Part shown: piece by piece, positions 38,976-51,397 of the stretch | Layout: every line of letters starts with the position of its first letter | Numbering within the stretch: position 1 is the stretch's first letter | Origin: Carcharhinus amblyrhynchos | Taxonomy: Eukaryota | Direction: 5' to 3' | DNA: 64,000 nt | NCBI GenBank assembly: GCA_965287045.1 | Contig: OZ336876.1 | Span: 50,282,001 to 50,346,000, forward strand | The notes under the pieces: model-generated | Seen by the model: the letters and a program-made list of their open reading frames with translations, nothing else | Databases searched by the model: none | What the model was told of the DNA's origin: nothing | Position numbers and translations under genes: made by a program

Positions 38976-41900
38976 TGACACACCTCCGTCCAGCCCCCCA
39001 CCCCCGCAAATCCCCACCCTCCCTGCCATCCTAACAATAACCCGCTGGCCAGCCAGCTCCAAGCCACTGCCAAGCTTTGGGCTCAGTCCTTCACCAAGGA
39101 GATCCTATCTGTGCCCCTAATCAATTAGACAGTTAAATATTCTAATTGATTGACCACATTGGCTGGGCAGATTGCCGTTGCCAGTGATGACCCACTTCTG
39201 AATGCCAGGAGGCAAGACCACATCAAGTTGATGACCTGGCACCTGGATATCAGCATTTCCTCCCCATTCAACCTTCAAATTCATCTTCACATGACCAGGA
39301 CAAGTCAGCCCAGAAAGAGCATCTGGCTTGGTCCCCTACCCTGCTTATTGGCTGTAAGCATGCGCAGAAGCATAAAATAAAGAGTCTTCCCATTTACAAT
39401 TATTCAAATCTTAGATAGACTTGAGTATTTAGCAAGTTAGGGGAGGAAGAATGTTCGGTGTGAAAAAATATATACCTTTAGCAATGAACAAGAAATGGGA
39501 ATATCATGTTAAGTTGGTGAGGAGTAATATTGGTCTTGCATATTAACCAACCATCACAGAAACTGCTCAACTGTAAATTTAAAATTCACTTCCGACTCAT
39601 CAGTAATGTTTGAAAGCTAAAATAATTGTGATTTTTTTCATTATAACCTGGTTTTGAATGCAACATGCACTATGGAGATGTACCACATCCAAAGATAATT
39701 AACAAGAGATGCTGGAGATTGTTTGAAGATTGTCAAATGCACAGTCTGGGAAACAATCAAGCCTTTATCTTTATGCAGCAGCAGAAGAAATCAGGCCAAA
39801 ATAAAGGCGTAGACAATCAGCTGGCATGATTCCAAAGCTGAGAAATCGCCTCTTTAAACTTCAGTCAACTGAACTAAATAAACAATCAAACTGTATTGAA
39901 TCAGGTACACCTCTCCCATGCACGGATTCACAAACTAAGCTCTGCCTGTTTTCTAATGGTTAAAGCGATGTACTGATGGATTGCTCCGGCAGATTCATAA
40001 ACCCATATCAGTTGCTTTCTTTACTAATTACACTTCTTTGGGGAAAAAAATATTAGACTGACCTTATAAAATTGTGAAAATATAAATTATGTTTCAATTG
40101 TTTCTAAAGGTACTGTATACTTGGAAGAATGGAAGCTGGCAAAACAGCAATTGAGTTGAGCTGTGTTGGTTCTGGTTCGTGAATCTGAGCACAAAGATTC
40201 AGACTATACTATTGTTTTCAGTTCACTGAAATGCCATTTCTGATCCTTCACAAACTGTACTGACACAATAGGCATTCCAGTATTCCTTACCATTGTACAT
40301 CAGAATATGTGCACACCAGAGAGGGAACAAAATAGGTGAAAAAATAATATTGTTGCTAAAACTGATATATGTTAAAGTATGATATTTTTCCAGTGCTAGA
40401 TTTTGTATGAACAAATCAGTCTGGTTTTCATGATTAACAACTATTGCTGTAAGCCTATTGGACTAATGGGCTTGCCAAGCTACAGTTGTTGTTCATGGTC
40501 ATACATAGATTGAGGTACTGAGTATTTGGACAATAGTACTAACTGCAAGAGCAAACCCACAGTTTGTTCAATTGAAACACAAGCTAAGATTACTGCCACT
40601 AATCCACAGAGTATCATTTTAGCTTGATAGTGAAAATATCTCCATCATTTCCATTTTTCTGAAGAAAAGACAATCTCCTCAGCTAATCGCTCCTCATGAT
40701 GACTACAGAGATAAAGAAACAATAACAGGCGGAACTACAGCAAAAGATCTGCAGATCAGGTTAGATCCTGAGTGCACTTGGTTCCAATCTTGTTTTCCTT
40801 CAGATTAAATGGCAGGCAGACAAGGGGAAAGAAGCTGCAAGGTGAAAGAAAACGTCAATCTGCACTTCAGATTATTATGTAAAAGGGACACGTTAAAGGC
40901 TATAAATGTTCATTTTAGTATCAGTGGCTCTTTTGTATGGCTTTTCAACTTCGCTTTTTCAGTTCTTTCACAAGGACAAGTGCTTCATAAGCACCCACAC
41001 CGAAGTAAGTAACCCCCTCCTCCTACCCCAAAAAACATAAAATTGAGATTCTCCTCCATACACTAACAGGGTCAGAGGCAGAGGCCCTCACATTGTGCTG
41101 TTAGAGAGGGACTAGTGGCTTTACTTGGATTGGTCCTTTGCTTCTATTTTTATTTTGGAAGTTGAACTCATTTTTTCTAAAACAAAGGGGAAGGCTACAA
41201 AGCAGTTTCGCCCATTGAAATTTTGCATCTTTATGATTCATCTGTTGGCAGCATTTGGAAATGGGAAAAACAGCAGCAATCCAAAAAGCTAGGCTGTTAA
41301 GACAGAACCTCAGATGATCAAAATTCTCCTTTATATAGCTGGCCAATAAGATGCACAGCATAAGTATAAATCTTTGAGTCAGAGGTTTCTGTATTTTTAA
41401 AGTGAGATTTGCACAGAACTTCCTGAAATCACCACTCTAGCATTGTAGAACAGATCATCCAATGAAGGATGGCATTGGTCTTTGCCGCCACCCCTGCAAT
41501 CGGCTGTAGATTCTTAAAGTGTTTTTGTCATATTTTCATATGGCTCTTACGCTCTGCAAGTCTTTGTCTTTTCCTGGCTGCACACCATTGCCTTAATCCT
41601 CCAGTCCAGGTCCAATAACCAATTCACACAGTTCTTATTGAACAAGTGAAACTGCATTGAGTCAAGCTCAGATGACACAAAATTCCTGTTCTGTCAAAGT
41701 CAGCAACCAATCTCACCTGCAGAATAGCAAATCCCATAGAATGATGCCCATGATATGCCAAAATTCTGAACTGTTAACTCAGGATTAGCCAAATTTGTGT
41801 AATCTTATCATATGACAGCCCCAACTTAAGTGGAATTTGATCACAGCGTAAAGTCATGGAGTGTTGAGCAAGCCATCATTTGACACTGAGATCTCATTAT

Positions 41901-42289
41901 GAAAGACTGTACAAAGCCTGCGAATCTGACTGAATTTGTGCAAAAGTTAAAAGTCCATCAAAGAGCAAGTGGAAAATTATGTCACAAAGTGAATATCATT
42001 AAGGGTTGGTGGATTTCACAATCAAATTTGTCCATCATCATATCTGGCCTTTTGCAATGACGTGCCATTGTAAGGTGTAAGGTGTGAACAAACTGAATAA
42101 TGATTTCTGCTACACATTTAGCATCCAAGTCTATTGATTTTGACATGGACCACCTTTGCAGCATATTGGGTTATATTCAGATACATTCATGGGGGAATAG
42201 GGCCTCCTTGGCTATAACGAAGCCCCGCTTAATGTAAATTTATGGGCAAAACCCTTGGGGTTCAACTCATCAGGATTTCACTACAAATA

Positions 42290-42600
42290 TGGAGAAACCA
42301 TTTCTATTAGCACAAACATCAATAACCTAACATCAATAATCTGCTATGGCAGATAAAAGAACCAGAGGCAATAGAGAAGAGCATTTTTGTTTTTAAACAC
42401 AGCACATTGTGATCTGGAATGCACACCTGAAAGGGTGGCTAAGAGGACAATCAATGGTCATGTTCAAAAAAGAAATAATTTAATACTGGACAAGGACAAA
42501 GTTACAAAGCTATGGGGAAAAGATTAGTATGGCTATCAAATTAATGAAATGGCACAGATATGATGGGCTGAATGACTTCCTCACATGCTGTATGATTCTA
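42290..42600 (+). mobile_element. Decayed CR1 3' end
   Basis: gatctggaatgcacacctgaaagggtgg and tail gatgggctgaatgacttcctcacatgctgtatgattcta. Confidence 0.6.
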
Positions 42601-42894
42601 AAGTTTGTTTATTCATGTCACAAGTGGGCTTACATTCACACAGCTATGAACTTACTGTGAAAATCCCCTAGTCACCACACTCCGGCGCTTGTTCAGGTAC
42701 CAAAGGAGAATTTAGCAGGCCAATTCACCTAACTTGCACATCTTAGGACCGTGGGAGGAAACTGGAGCACCTGGAGGAAACCCACACAGACACGGGGAGA
42801 ATGCGCACACTTCATACAGACAGTGACCCAAGCTGGGAATTGAACACAGGCCCCTAGTGTTGTGAGGCAGCAGTGCTAACCACTGTGCTGCATG
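42601..42894 (-). mobile_element. V-SINE with alternative 3' tail
   Basis: Reverse-complement homolog of 22410-22722 over its full length. Confidence 0.85.
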
Positions 42895-42994
42895 ATTTCA
42901 CATCCCAGTAATCTTGTTGCATGTTCATGACCACCATAAATATCTTCAAAAGTAGGGTTCATCAAATAAAGGCATAAATAAATAAAAGTCATGC

Positions 42995-43335
42995 GAAGCG
43001 GCTCAGTTGGTAGCACATTCACCGATGTCAGGCCTAGATCAAAAATACTGGCATATCAATGCACTAGAAGTAGCATTGCATTGTCGGAGGTGCAGGTCAG
43101 TTGGATATAAAACATCCCACTCGACTATCTCAAGGAGGAACAGGGGAATTATCCCTGGTTCCTGGAAAATGTGTGTTTCTCAATTAATATCACAAACAGA
43201 TTATTTGGCTATTATCATATCGATGTTTATGGGAGCTTGCGGTGCACAAACTGGCAGGCTTGTATTCATAATGTACATTATGAACCCACTGACTGCAAAG
43301 TGCTTTGAGAGGCCCATGGTTATGAAAGGTACAAC
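42995..43335 (+). mobile_element. Deu-SINE (SacSINE1/AmnSINE1-like)
   Basis: A box ggctcagttggtagcac, Deu-like core gaacaggggaattatccctggttcctgg...acaaacagattatttggctattatc...gtttatgggagcttgcggtgcacaaactggc, and tail aaagtgctttgaga...tgaaagg. Confidence 0.7.
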
Positions 43336-43404
43336 TCCTCCCCCACCCTCCCCACTTCCTTTGAACGTTGACCTTCCCTATGCCATGTAGAAATAAACTA
43401 ACCT

Positions 43405-43625
43405 AGGATCCCATCAGAGAAGAATGTGGAAGTTTTTCTGGCACCCTGGTCAAAATTTATCCCCAACCAATATCATAAAAATACATCATCTAATGTGATG
43501 CAGAAACTTACAAACAAATTTTCCCACATTACACCAGTGAATATACTTCAAAAATACTGGTTCTGAAACACTTTAGAATATACTGAAATCATGAAAGCTG
43601 TTATATAAATGAAAATTATTTATTT
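43405..43625 (+). mobile_element. Second, more decayed Deu-SINE 3' half
   Basis: ctggcaccctggtcaaaatttatccccaaccaatatc...cacattacaccagtgaatatacttcaaaa...tgaaagctgttatataaatg. Confidence 0.6.
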
Positions 43626-43759
43626 ATATTAAAAAATAACTGGATGGTCAGATTCACAAAGCCTGAATCAGTCCCAGTCTCGAATAACAAAATTAGTTTT
43701 CAACTCCTAATACACAAAACATAAGACAAAACAGAGAACAAAACATTTGAGGCACCCAA

Positions 43760-44440
43760 GTGCCAGACAAGACAGACGCTAACCATCGCCCCTAACATTC
43801 AATGACATTATCATCACTGAATTCCACTACCAACATCCTAGAGGTTATTAGACTAGCCATATAAAAATTGGGACAAAAGCAGGTCAGAGGCTCAATCCTT
43901 TAGTGAGGAACTCGCCCCTTACTCCGCTCCACCATCTACAAGGCACATCAGCAGCATGGTGGAATAAGTTCCACTTGCCTGGATGAGTGCAGGTCCAACA
44001 ATTCTCAACAAGCTCAACACCATCCAGGACAAGGCAGCTCACTTGATGAGCACTCGATCCACAAACATTCACTCCCTTCCCCACCAACACACAGTAGTAG
44101 CAATGTGTGCCATCAAAAAAATGTACTGCAAGCCTCCTAAGATAACACCTTCCAAACATACAATCATTAATGTCTAAGAGGACAAACGCAGAAGATGTAT
44201 GGAAACAGTAGCACACGGAAGTTCCCTCCATGCCACACACTATCCCAACTTGGAAATATATTGCTGTCCCTTCACAGTTGCTGGGCCCTGGAACTCCCTC
44301 CCGAATAGAAATGTAGACATACCGACAACATGGACTGCAGCAATTCAAGAAGTCAGCTCACAACCATCTCCTCAAGGGCAATTAGGGATGGACAATAAAT
44401 ACCTAGCCAGGAATGCCCGCTTCCCATGAATAAATTAAAA
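43760..44440 (+). mobile_element. L2/CR1-clade LINE 3' end
   Basis: 'MSAGPTILNKLNTIQDKAAHL...IHSLPHQHTVVAMCAIKKMYC' and 'GPWNSLP'. Tail agggcaattagggatggacaataaat. Confidence 0.8.
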
Positions 44441-45659
44441 CAATAAGAAAGGCTTGGAAGTGACAGAACAATGAAAAAGTCTTCAAACTGGCAAAAATTT
44501 GGAACAAGGTTTGGTAGGAATCTGAAACAAATTGCTGATCTAGGAGGGTAACAATAATTCTAAGGACTTGCTGAGACAGAGAAAAGTGTCATGGCTTTTC
44601 AGGATGTGACACAGCTGATATAGGAGCCTGCAATGGTTTTGTCTGGAGAATATATTATACAGGGATGAGTGTACTGGAAGGTGCAACTTGCAATGTACCC
44701 CCAGGAAAGTTTCCGGTGGCAAGTTGGTAAAACACCACTATGAATGTGTGAATGAGAACAATTTTTTAATCAGTATCTGACAGCCAGAGAATGAGTCAAG
44801 GTTGCTGGAGATGCGCGTGAGAGCTAAGTGAGATACAGTATGCAGTTCTGATGTGGGTGTCAGAGTTTTAGCTGGGGCTGAGTCACTCATGCAAAGAGGT
44901 GGTGATGATACAAGAGTGGAAGAAAGCAGTCTTCGTGACTAACAAGATATCAAATTTCAACTCAATTCAGGAACAAACACGACATTGAAAATTCTTCAAC
45001 CTTAAATGGACAACTGCAGATGAAAACTGAATGAGTCTAAAGTGCAGTTTCTTGTAAGATTCAAACAGGATGGCTTTAGCTTTGCCTGTATTGAGTCAGA
45101 GTTTTCCAGCACTCATCTGGCTTGAAGAGCTTACATCTCAATTAGTCAATGCCAATCTGAAATGGAAAGCTATCAGTCAAAGGCTGAGGTATCTTCAAGG
45201 AGAGGGTAATCAGAGATCAGCAAAGTAACAACATTCAAGCAGCAGCAGAAAATTCACAGTGGTCAAGTGAGCTGGATGATGGTTCTGTGCCTGAAATACA
45301 TAACTCTCTTTCTGACATAGACATTGGACTGGTGATTGGCTCAATTCAATCCATCATGAAAGAACTGACATGCAATGTCATCAGCGATTCATTAACTGAG
45401 AACTGATTAAGCGGACCCCATTGCAAGTTCCTCATATCCAAGAGCCTGCAATGTATCAGTCAAAACCATTCGCGCTAAATGGATAAAGTATTTATTTGTC
45501 AAACCAACAGCAAGTGGCAACCTTGAAGGATGTTCTTTGATGGCCATCATCATCATCCTTTCTGCTGAATGAGGAATAGGACCAATTAGACATTTGAGAC
45601 AATGTTCTTGGTGCCACTTTCAACAAACAGATTCCCACACCTCAACAACTCAAATGATG

Positions 45660-45960
45660 TTCCCCTTAGTTGAAAGATAGGTCATGAGGGGACACAGGTT
45701 CAAGATGAGGGGCAGGAGATTTAGGGAGGATATGAAAAAATAATGTTTTTACTGAGATGGCTGTGAGGTCTGGAATTTGCTTCCTGGGAGGGTGTTACAG
45801 GTGGCTTGCCTCACATCTTTTAAAAGCTATCTGGATGAGCCCTTGGTACATCTTAACATTCAGGGATATGGGCCAAGTGCTGGCAGATGGGATTAGATGG
45901 GAGTTCAGGTGTTTCTAATGTATCAGTGCAAAGGGCCTTTTCTGCACTGTATGATTCTAT
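45660..45960 (+). mobile_element. CR1 LINE 3' end
   Basis: gaggggacacaggttcaagatgaggggcaggagatttagggga (RGHRFK motif) and tail ctgcactgtatgattctatg. Confidence 0.8.
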
Positions 45961-46261
45961 GTACACTGGTTCAGCTAATGCGAAACTAAACAAACTTGTG
46001 CACCAAAATAACCAAGCATCCAAAAAAGGTATTAGACAAGATTGCAGCTTACAATTACAAGAGACAAAAAAAATAACTGCTATAGCTAAGCCTGTCATGC
46101 CAGCGAACATTCCAAATGTGTAAACTTCCAACTGTTCTCTGCTCAATTACAAATGCAGGTAATAGAGAGGACACAAGATACTGATCTAAAAAACGAAGTA
46201 CTTTATTTGTGTCAGAGCATTTCATGTCCACTGTATGTATTTTATAATTTTACAAACATTG

Positions 46262-46500
46262 AAATTAACAGCAGAAGTAAGCCATATGGCCTGTCATTCA
46301 CTAAGATCATGGCTGCTCGGAGTGTGGCCTCAACTCCACATTCCCACCTACCCCGATAATCTTTGACTCCCTTGGTTAGTCAAGAAGCTATCTACCTCTC
46401 CTTTAAAAACATTCAAAGCCCTTCCTTCCACCACTCCCCGGGGAAGAGATTTCCAAAGACTCAGGACTCAAGAGAAAAAAAGTCTTCTCATTCCATATCT
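46262..46500 (-). mobile_element. CR1 3' UTR, antisense
   Basis: gcagaagtaagccatatggcc...ctaagatcatggctg...ggggaagagatttccaaagactca. Confidence 0.7.
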
Positions 46501-46754
46501 AGTTGTTTTACAGTGATAATACAAAGAGTCTGACAGAGCTCCTCCACTGATTTTAGCAAAATGAAACAGAAATAGGGAGTAACACATCAGGAGGGAGTGC
46601 CAAAGGATGGTTCTTCATATCAGAGAATGTTTATAATTGGTCTGAACATTAGTAATTTCCAAAAAGACAGTTAAGAGGCAAGACTATTAAGAATCATTGA
46701 AAGATGAATTTGTGCTGCAATCCGCAGATTCAATTTGAAAAATGAATAATTTAC

Positions 46755-47720
46755 CCCAGGTGAGAAATAGAGCAGCTTCAACAAAGGTGGAAGTGTCAAC
46801 CCTTCAGCAGAAGCTAGTGGTACAAAGGAGTTTTCTGTTTCAGAGACTGGCGCTGGGAATTATTGATGAGTACTTTGCAGTTCATCAGACCGAGGCGGGT
46901 GGAGGAAGAGGGTAGCCAGGAAAGCACACAAGGGACACTCAACAGATCCTTTCCCAGGAGCTGTTGCACTGCAGCAATGGCAACCACTTGAGCATGACAA
47001 GAGTGCAGTCGCTGAGCCGACTCAGGCTCATCAGAATCAAAGACCGGATTATCTTTCATTTATTTTTTTCTTTGGGAAGTGGGACCATTTTCGAGGGGCT
47101 GCGAATCCGAGAGCCACGACAATAGCCTAAACTTCCGGGAGGAAGCTGGGGATAGCGAGTGGGTTGAACAGGCAGGAGGGCGATTGAGCTCGGGGTGAGT
47201 GAATTGCCAGCAGCCTCAGTGTATGTGTTTGCAGTGAGTGCTCCTGATGCACAAAATGGAGGCACACAACAGCTAAGCACAGCAACAGCCACTTGCTTCA
47301 TTGCCAATCCTGCTTGTTACCGCAATCTCCGGGAGGTGCTAAACCTCTGGCTTGCTCATTTTCACTTGCAGTAGGTAGATTGCATTTTATTTCCATTGCG
47401 CTCCGATCTAATCCCCCCACCTCACACACAAGCTGCTGACTCAGCAGGGCTCCCATGCGGCTGCAGCAAAATGCCTTTGGGAACCTTACTGTTAATTGCC
47501 TCCTACACGAGCGAAATTGGCTTCCCCGCCGCTGGGGCACGGCTCCCCCAATTCACAATGCAGCCGAGCTCCCCGGACAGCAGGCAGAGAGCAACGGCAG
47601 CACACATCAGCTAACCAGTCTGGCACACGTTTGACTTCTGTCAGCACAACATCTATCTATTTGTGCTGGTTTTCCCTTGATGGCATGAACTCTCTTCCTG
47701 ACCTCATGCTGCACACGTCT
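46755..47720. promoter_or_regulatory. CpG-enriched, repeat-free patch: candidate alternative promoter or non-coding exon
   Basis: Local rise in GC and CpG, ETS-like acttccggga at 47131, AP-1/MARE-like tgctgactcagca at 47434, and a possible minus-strand donor ggg|gtaaat at 46755. Confidence 0.4.
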
Positions 47721-47845
47721 TTGGGCCAACTGATGGTCTCCTTGGTTTGCTTTCAGGAAAATGGATTGATGGAGGGAGTAGGGAGTGATGCCCCTACTAC
47801 GGGGGAGAACATTAACACAGTCAAACATTTACACCCTTATAATAA

Positions 47846-47945
47846 TAAAAGCAAAATACTGTGGATGCTGAAATCCGAAATAAAAGCAGAAAATGTTGGA
47901 AAATCTCAGCAAGTCTGACAGCATCTGTGGAGAGAGAATGTCTCA
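47846..47945 (-). mobile_element. Family B PLE 3' end, single arm
   Basis: aaagcagaaaatgttggaaaatctcagcaagtctgacagcatctgtggagagagaa is nearly identical to 63848-63902. Confidence 0.75.
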
Positions 47946-48748
47946 AGTGACCAAATCCACCTCGTGTGCTATCCACCACCACCACCCCCCAACAAACTGG
48001 GTCGTTTCTGTTGAGGGCCAAAGCCTTGATTGCTGCGAGTTAGTAAGGAACTCTGATAAATGCCAACAGTGCTAAAATCACTTCAGTGCACAGCAAGAAC
48101 ACGCCGTGTGCAAACTGCTTCGTTTGTATCTGTGTAAGGAATATATTTGACAATACACAAGGTAGAGTTTCATTTTCACTGTCACAGCTACATACTTTTC
48201 CCTCATCAATGAAAAGGAACACGTGGCAGGTTATATAACAGACTGTGAGAAATAAACTGTTGCAACCAACTTCCCACCACTTGGTGAAAGTTCATCTCTT
48301 CAATACATCAAAGTCATTTTTTGGTTTTAAAATTTAAAACTGCATATTGTACACCAAAATGTGTTAACATTTTGGAATTCAGATACTTTTAATTAAACAA
48401 ATATGAATTAAGTAGGTTTTGGGTCAGTTGGAGGCTCAAATTTGTGGCATACAGAATTTTACCTCCGTGGGGCAATCAATTTGAAGCTTGGCTTTATTTG
48501 ACACAAGGTTCGAGCTACATCGATGATGAATACAGATGCACAATTGGTGAGTATTCAACCAGACAGATGCTCATCTAGAACTACAACATTACAAAAATAA
48601 AAGCTTGAGACACCAGATCTTGTTTTTTTAAAATCAAATCAACACCCATTTAAGGCACATTCTAATAAGTTGAACCATGACAATGTTTGATACATTTTGT
48701 ACTCTGAGGGGACATTAATGACTGCTACTCAGCTCTCCCAAGATTATA

Positions 48749-48883
48749 GGCCGGGTTCACCGACGTTGCCCGCAGCTGGGATTCTCCAGTTCTGCTACAG
48801 CGAGCGGAGATTTGGCTAAGTGCCAAATTCTCTGTTCTCAATGGCAGCAGTGGTGGGGCTTGAATGGCCGGAGAATTCTGGCC
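48749..48883. mobile_element. MITE-like non-autonomous DNA transposon (135 bp)
   Basis: Inverted termini (ttata)ggccggg...ctggcc(tataa) around a short GC-rich block in AT-rich flanks. Confidence 0.55.
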
Positions 48884-48916
48884 TATAACTCTATGGAGAA
48901 TAGCACTTCTTCCTCT

Positions 48917-48950
48917 TGTCTCCAAGTGTGTCTCCAAGTGTGTCTCCGAG
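48917..48950 (+). repeat. 12-bp tandem repeat, about 2.8 copies
   Basis: tgtctccaagtg tgtctccaagtg tgtctccgag. Confidence 0.85.
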
Positions 48951-49014
48951 AAGAGAACAAACACCCAAGCAACCGATGATGAGAAGTACTTGAGTCTAGC
49001 AGAGTACAACATCA

Positions 49015-49375
49015 AGCACACACAAGATGGTAATATCATTGGACTAGTAATCCAAAGGCTCAGGCTAATGTTCTGAGGCCATGAGTTCAAATCCCACCAT
49101 AGCGGTTAGTGGACTTTAAATTCAATCTGTAAACTTCTGGAATTGAAACTTATACTCGGTAATGGTGATTATGAAATAATAATTGATTGTTGTAAAAATC
49201 TATCTGATTCACTAATGCCCTTTAGGCAAGGAAATCTGCCATCTTTACCTGGACTGGCCTATATGTGACTCAACGTGCTTGATTTTTAATAACACTTATA
49301 GCAAGTCAGTCAGTTCAGCTCAGGGGCATTTAGGGTTTGGCAACAAATACTGGCTTTGCTAGTAATCCCACAAAA
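49015..49375 (+). mobile_element. tRNA-derived SINE sharing its tail with the L2/CR1-clade LINE at 43760-44440
   Basis: B box gagttcaaatccc at ~49083. Tail aggggcatttagggtttggcaacaaatactggc is similar to 44376-44410. Confidence 0.7.
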
Positions 49376-51118
49376 GAAAAAAACACATAAAAACACTTTA
49401 GGATTCATAGAATGTTTGCCAATGGGATTTCATTAAACATGAGACCCGCTTAGATAACAAAGAAATAACTTGCAGTTATGTAGTGCTTTTCATGGCCTCA
49501 GGACATCTCAGAGTGAATGAAGTATTTTTTCAAGAGTAATTGCTGTTTAATGTAAGAAATATACATCAGATGTAAATATGTACAAAGGCCAGTGATAAAG
49601 CAGTGAATAACTCAGAATTCACTAAATAGACAGGACCTGTTGACTGGAATTGCACTGGAAAGAATAATTTTCCTATCTGAAATGAGAACAAAGTAGGAAT
49701 TACATTTGCAACTATTGGGACAATGGGCTGTTGGAAGTGCTTTGTCATCTATTGCCTGAGCTTGGGAATATAAATTGTTATCTGGGTGAATGGACTCTGA
49801 ATAGTGAACTTACAGAGAGAACCACAAAGAATTTGAACATTTTGCTTAATCATACCGCAAAGCACTCAAAATCAAAACTGCAGTCGGAGTATGCTATACA
49901 GTGAATCTAAAATTGATTAAGTTGCTTTTCATGCTATTCCATTACCACTTGTGTAACAAAACTAACATTTTGAGATCTCAGCTGTACTTTAGATACTTTT
50001 TTGACAGGTAGAGGATGAAGTAGTTAAATATGGAGTCTGGGAATTGCATGATCCCCTTTTGGTCAACTTCAGTCCATCTTTTTGTGGATAAATAAAAACA
50101 TGAGAAATACACCCCGCTAGGCACTCCTTAAATCCAATTCCACAGAGTAGGCCACATCCAACACCTGGAGTAGCTCACAATTGTATAAAACTATTGCTGA
50201 CTGTCGAGCAGATCCTCACCATGCTAGCAGAAATAGGCAAATCAGCCATCCGCTTTTTGTTTAACAGATATTGTTCATATCAATTAGTTTTTTTTGGCTT
50301 TTTTTTAATTCTAAGATAAACATAAATGCAAGAAATGCAGCTGGTAGGGATTTAGAATGCACTACAGAATACAAAGACTAAGTTCTTCTGCCTAATCCTA
50401 TCCATTTGTTGGTTTTGTCCTCAGTAGTTTGACTCCCTGCTGTACTTGTGAATCATAGTTGCAGATCAGCTAGTGTACAGTACATACTGTTTCTAAAAGT
50501 TACCTCAGAAGAAAGTTGTGAAGTCGATTTTATATTTTGTTTTGAAGTTTTCAGTCAAAAAGTACAACTTCTAGTTATAAAAATACAATTTCCTTTGGAA
50601 CTTTAATCTGCATTAATTTTTGATACACTGGACTGGAATAGTGCTTAAAGCTTATTAACAATATGATGTGCCATGCTCAGCAAATGGCAAGCCTCGCCAT
50701 CAACCATAAAAAATCTGCAGGCTCAAAGCATGCTAGGAGCTGTAAGCTGCTACATCATTGAGTCTATTCAGCTTTGAATAATGGGCCTGAGAGCATCTAT
50801 GAACAAAAGACTCAGGCTTCAGCCAGGAACAGGCCTCCAATGGAAAATATTGGAGGCATTGCATTGTAAACACACGGAATTCTATTACTTTATTCGACTG
50901 ATCATTTTCTTGTAAATTAATTCACTGTTTCATAACAATTTTTTTTCCGATAATAAGTCCTACTTTTGGAGGAGAAACAAATATGATAGTGAAAAATGCT
51001 TTGTGAAGAGTATTTTAAAGAACTTTATTGGTTCCCTTTATATATTGTATAGATATATATTTTTTGCTGCAGAATTAGTTGCATTCATATATCTTTTGTA
51101 AGTGTAACTACTATAGCT

Positions 51119-51397
51119 ACACGGTGGCACAGTGATTAGCACTGCTGCCTCTCGGTGTCAGGGACCTGGGTTCAATTCTGGCCTTGGGTGACTGTGTGGC
51201 ATTCACATGTTCTCTCTAAGTCTGCATGGGTTTCCTCCCACAGTCCAAAGGTGAGCTGGTTAGGTTGATTGGCCATGCTAAATTGCCCTTTAGTGTCAGG
51301 GGAATTAGCAGAGTAAACACGTGGAGTTATTGGGTGGGATTGTTAGTGTAGGCTCAATGGGCCATATGGCCCTCTTCTGCACTGTAGGGATTCTACG
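51119..51397 (+). mobile_element. HE1-type V-SINE
   Basis: acggtggcacagtgattagcactgctgcctc...gggttcaattctggcc, and tail ctgcactgtagggattcta as at 5204-5530. Confidence 0.85.

Noticed and set aside
41690-41770. Minus-strand 'WASFYGICYSAGEI' resembling a DIRS tyrosine recombinase motif, or an exon with donor cag|gtgaga
   Set aside because: Too short and degenerate. No further recombinase motifs and no convincing acceptor.
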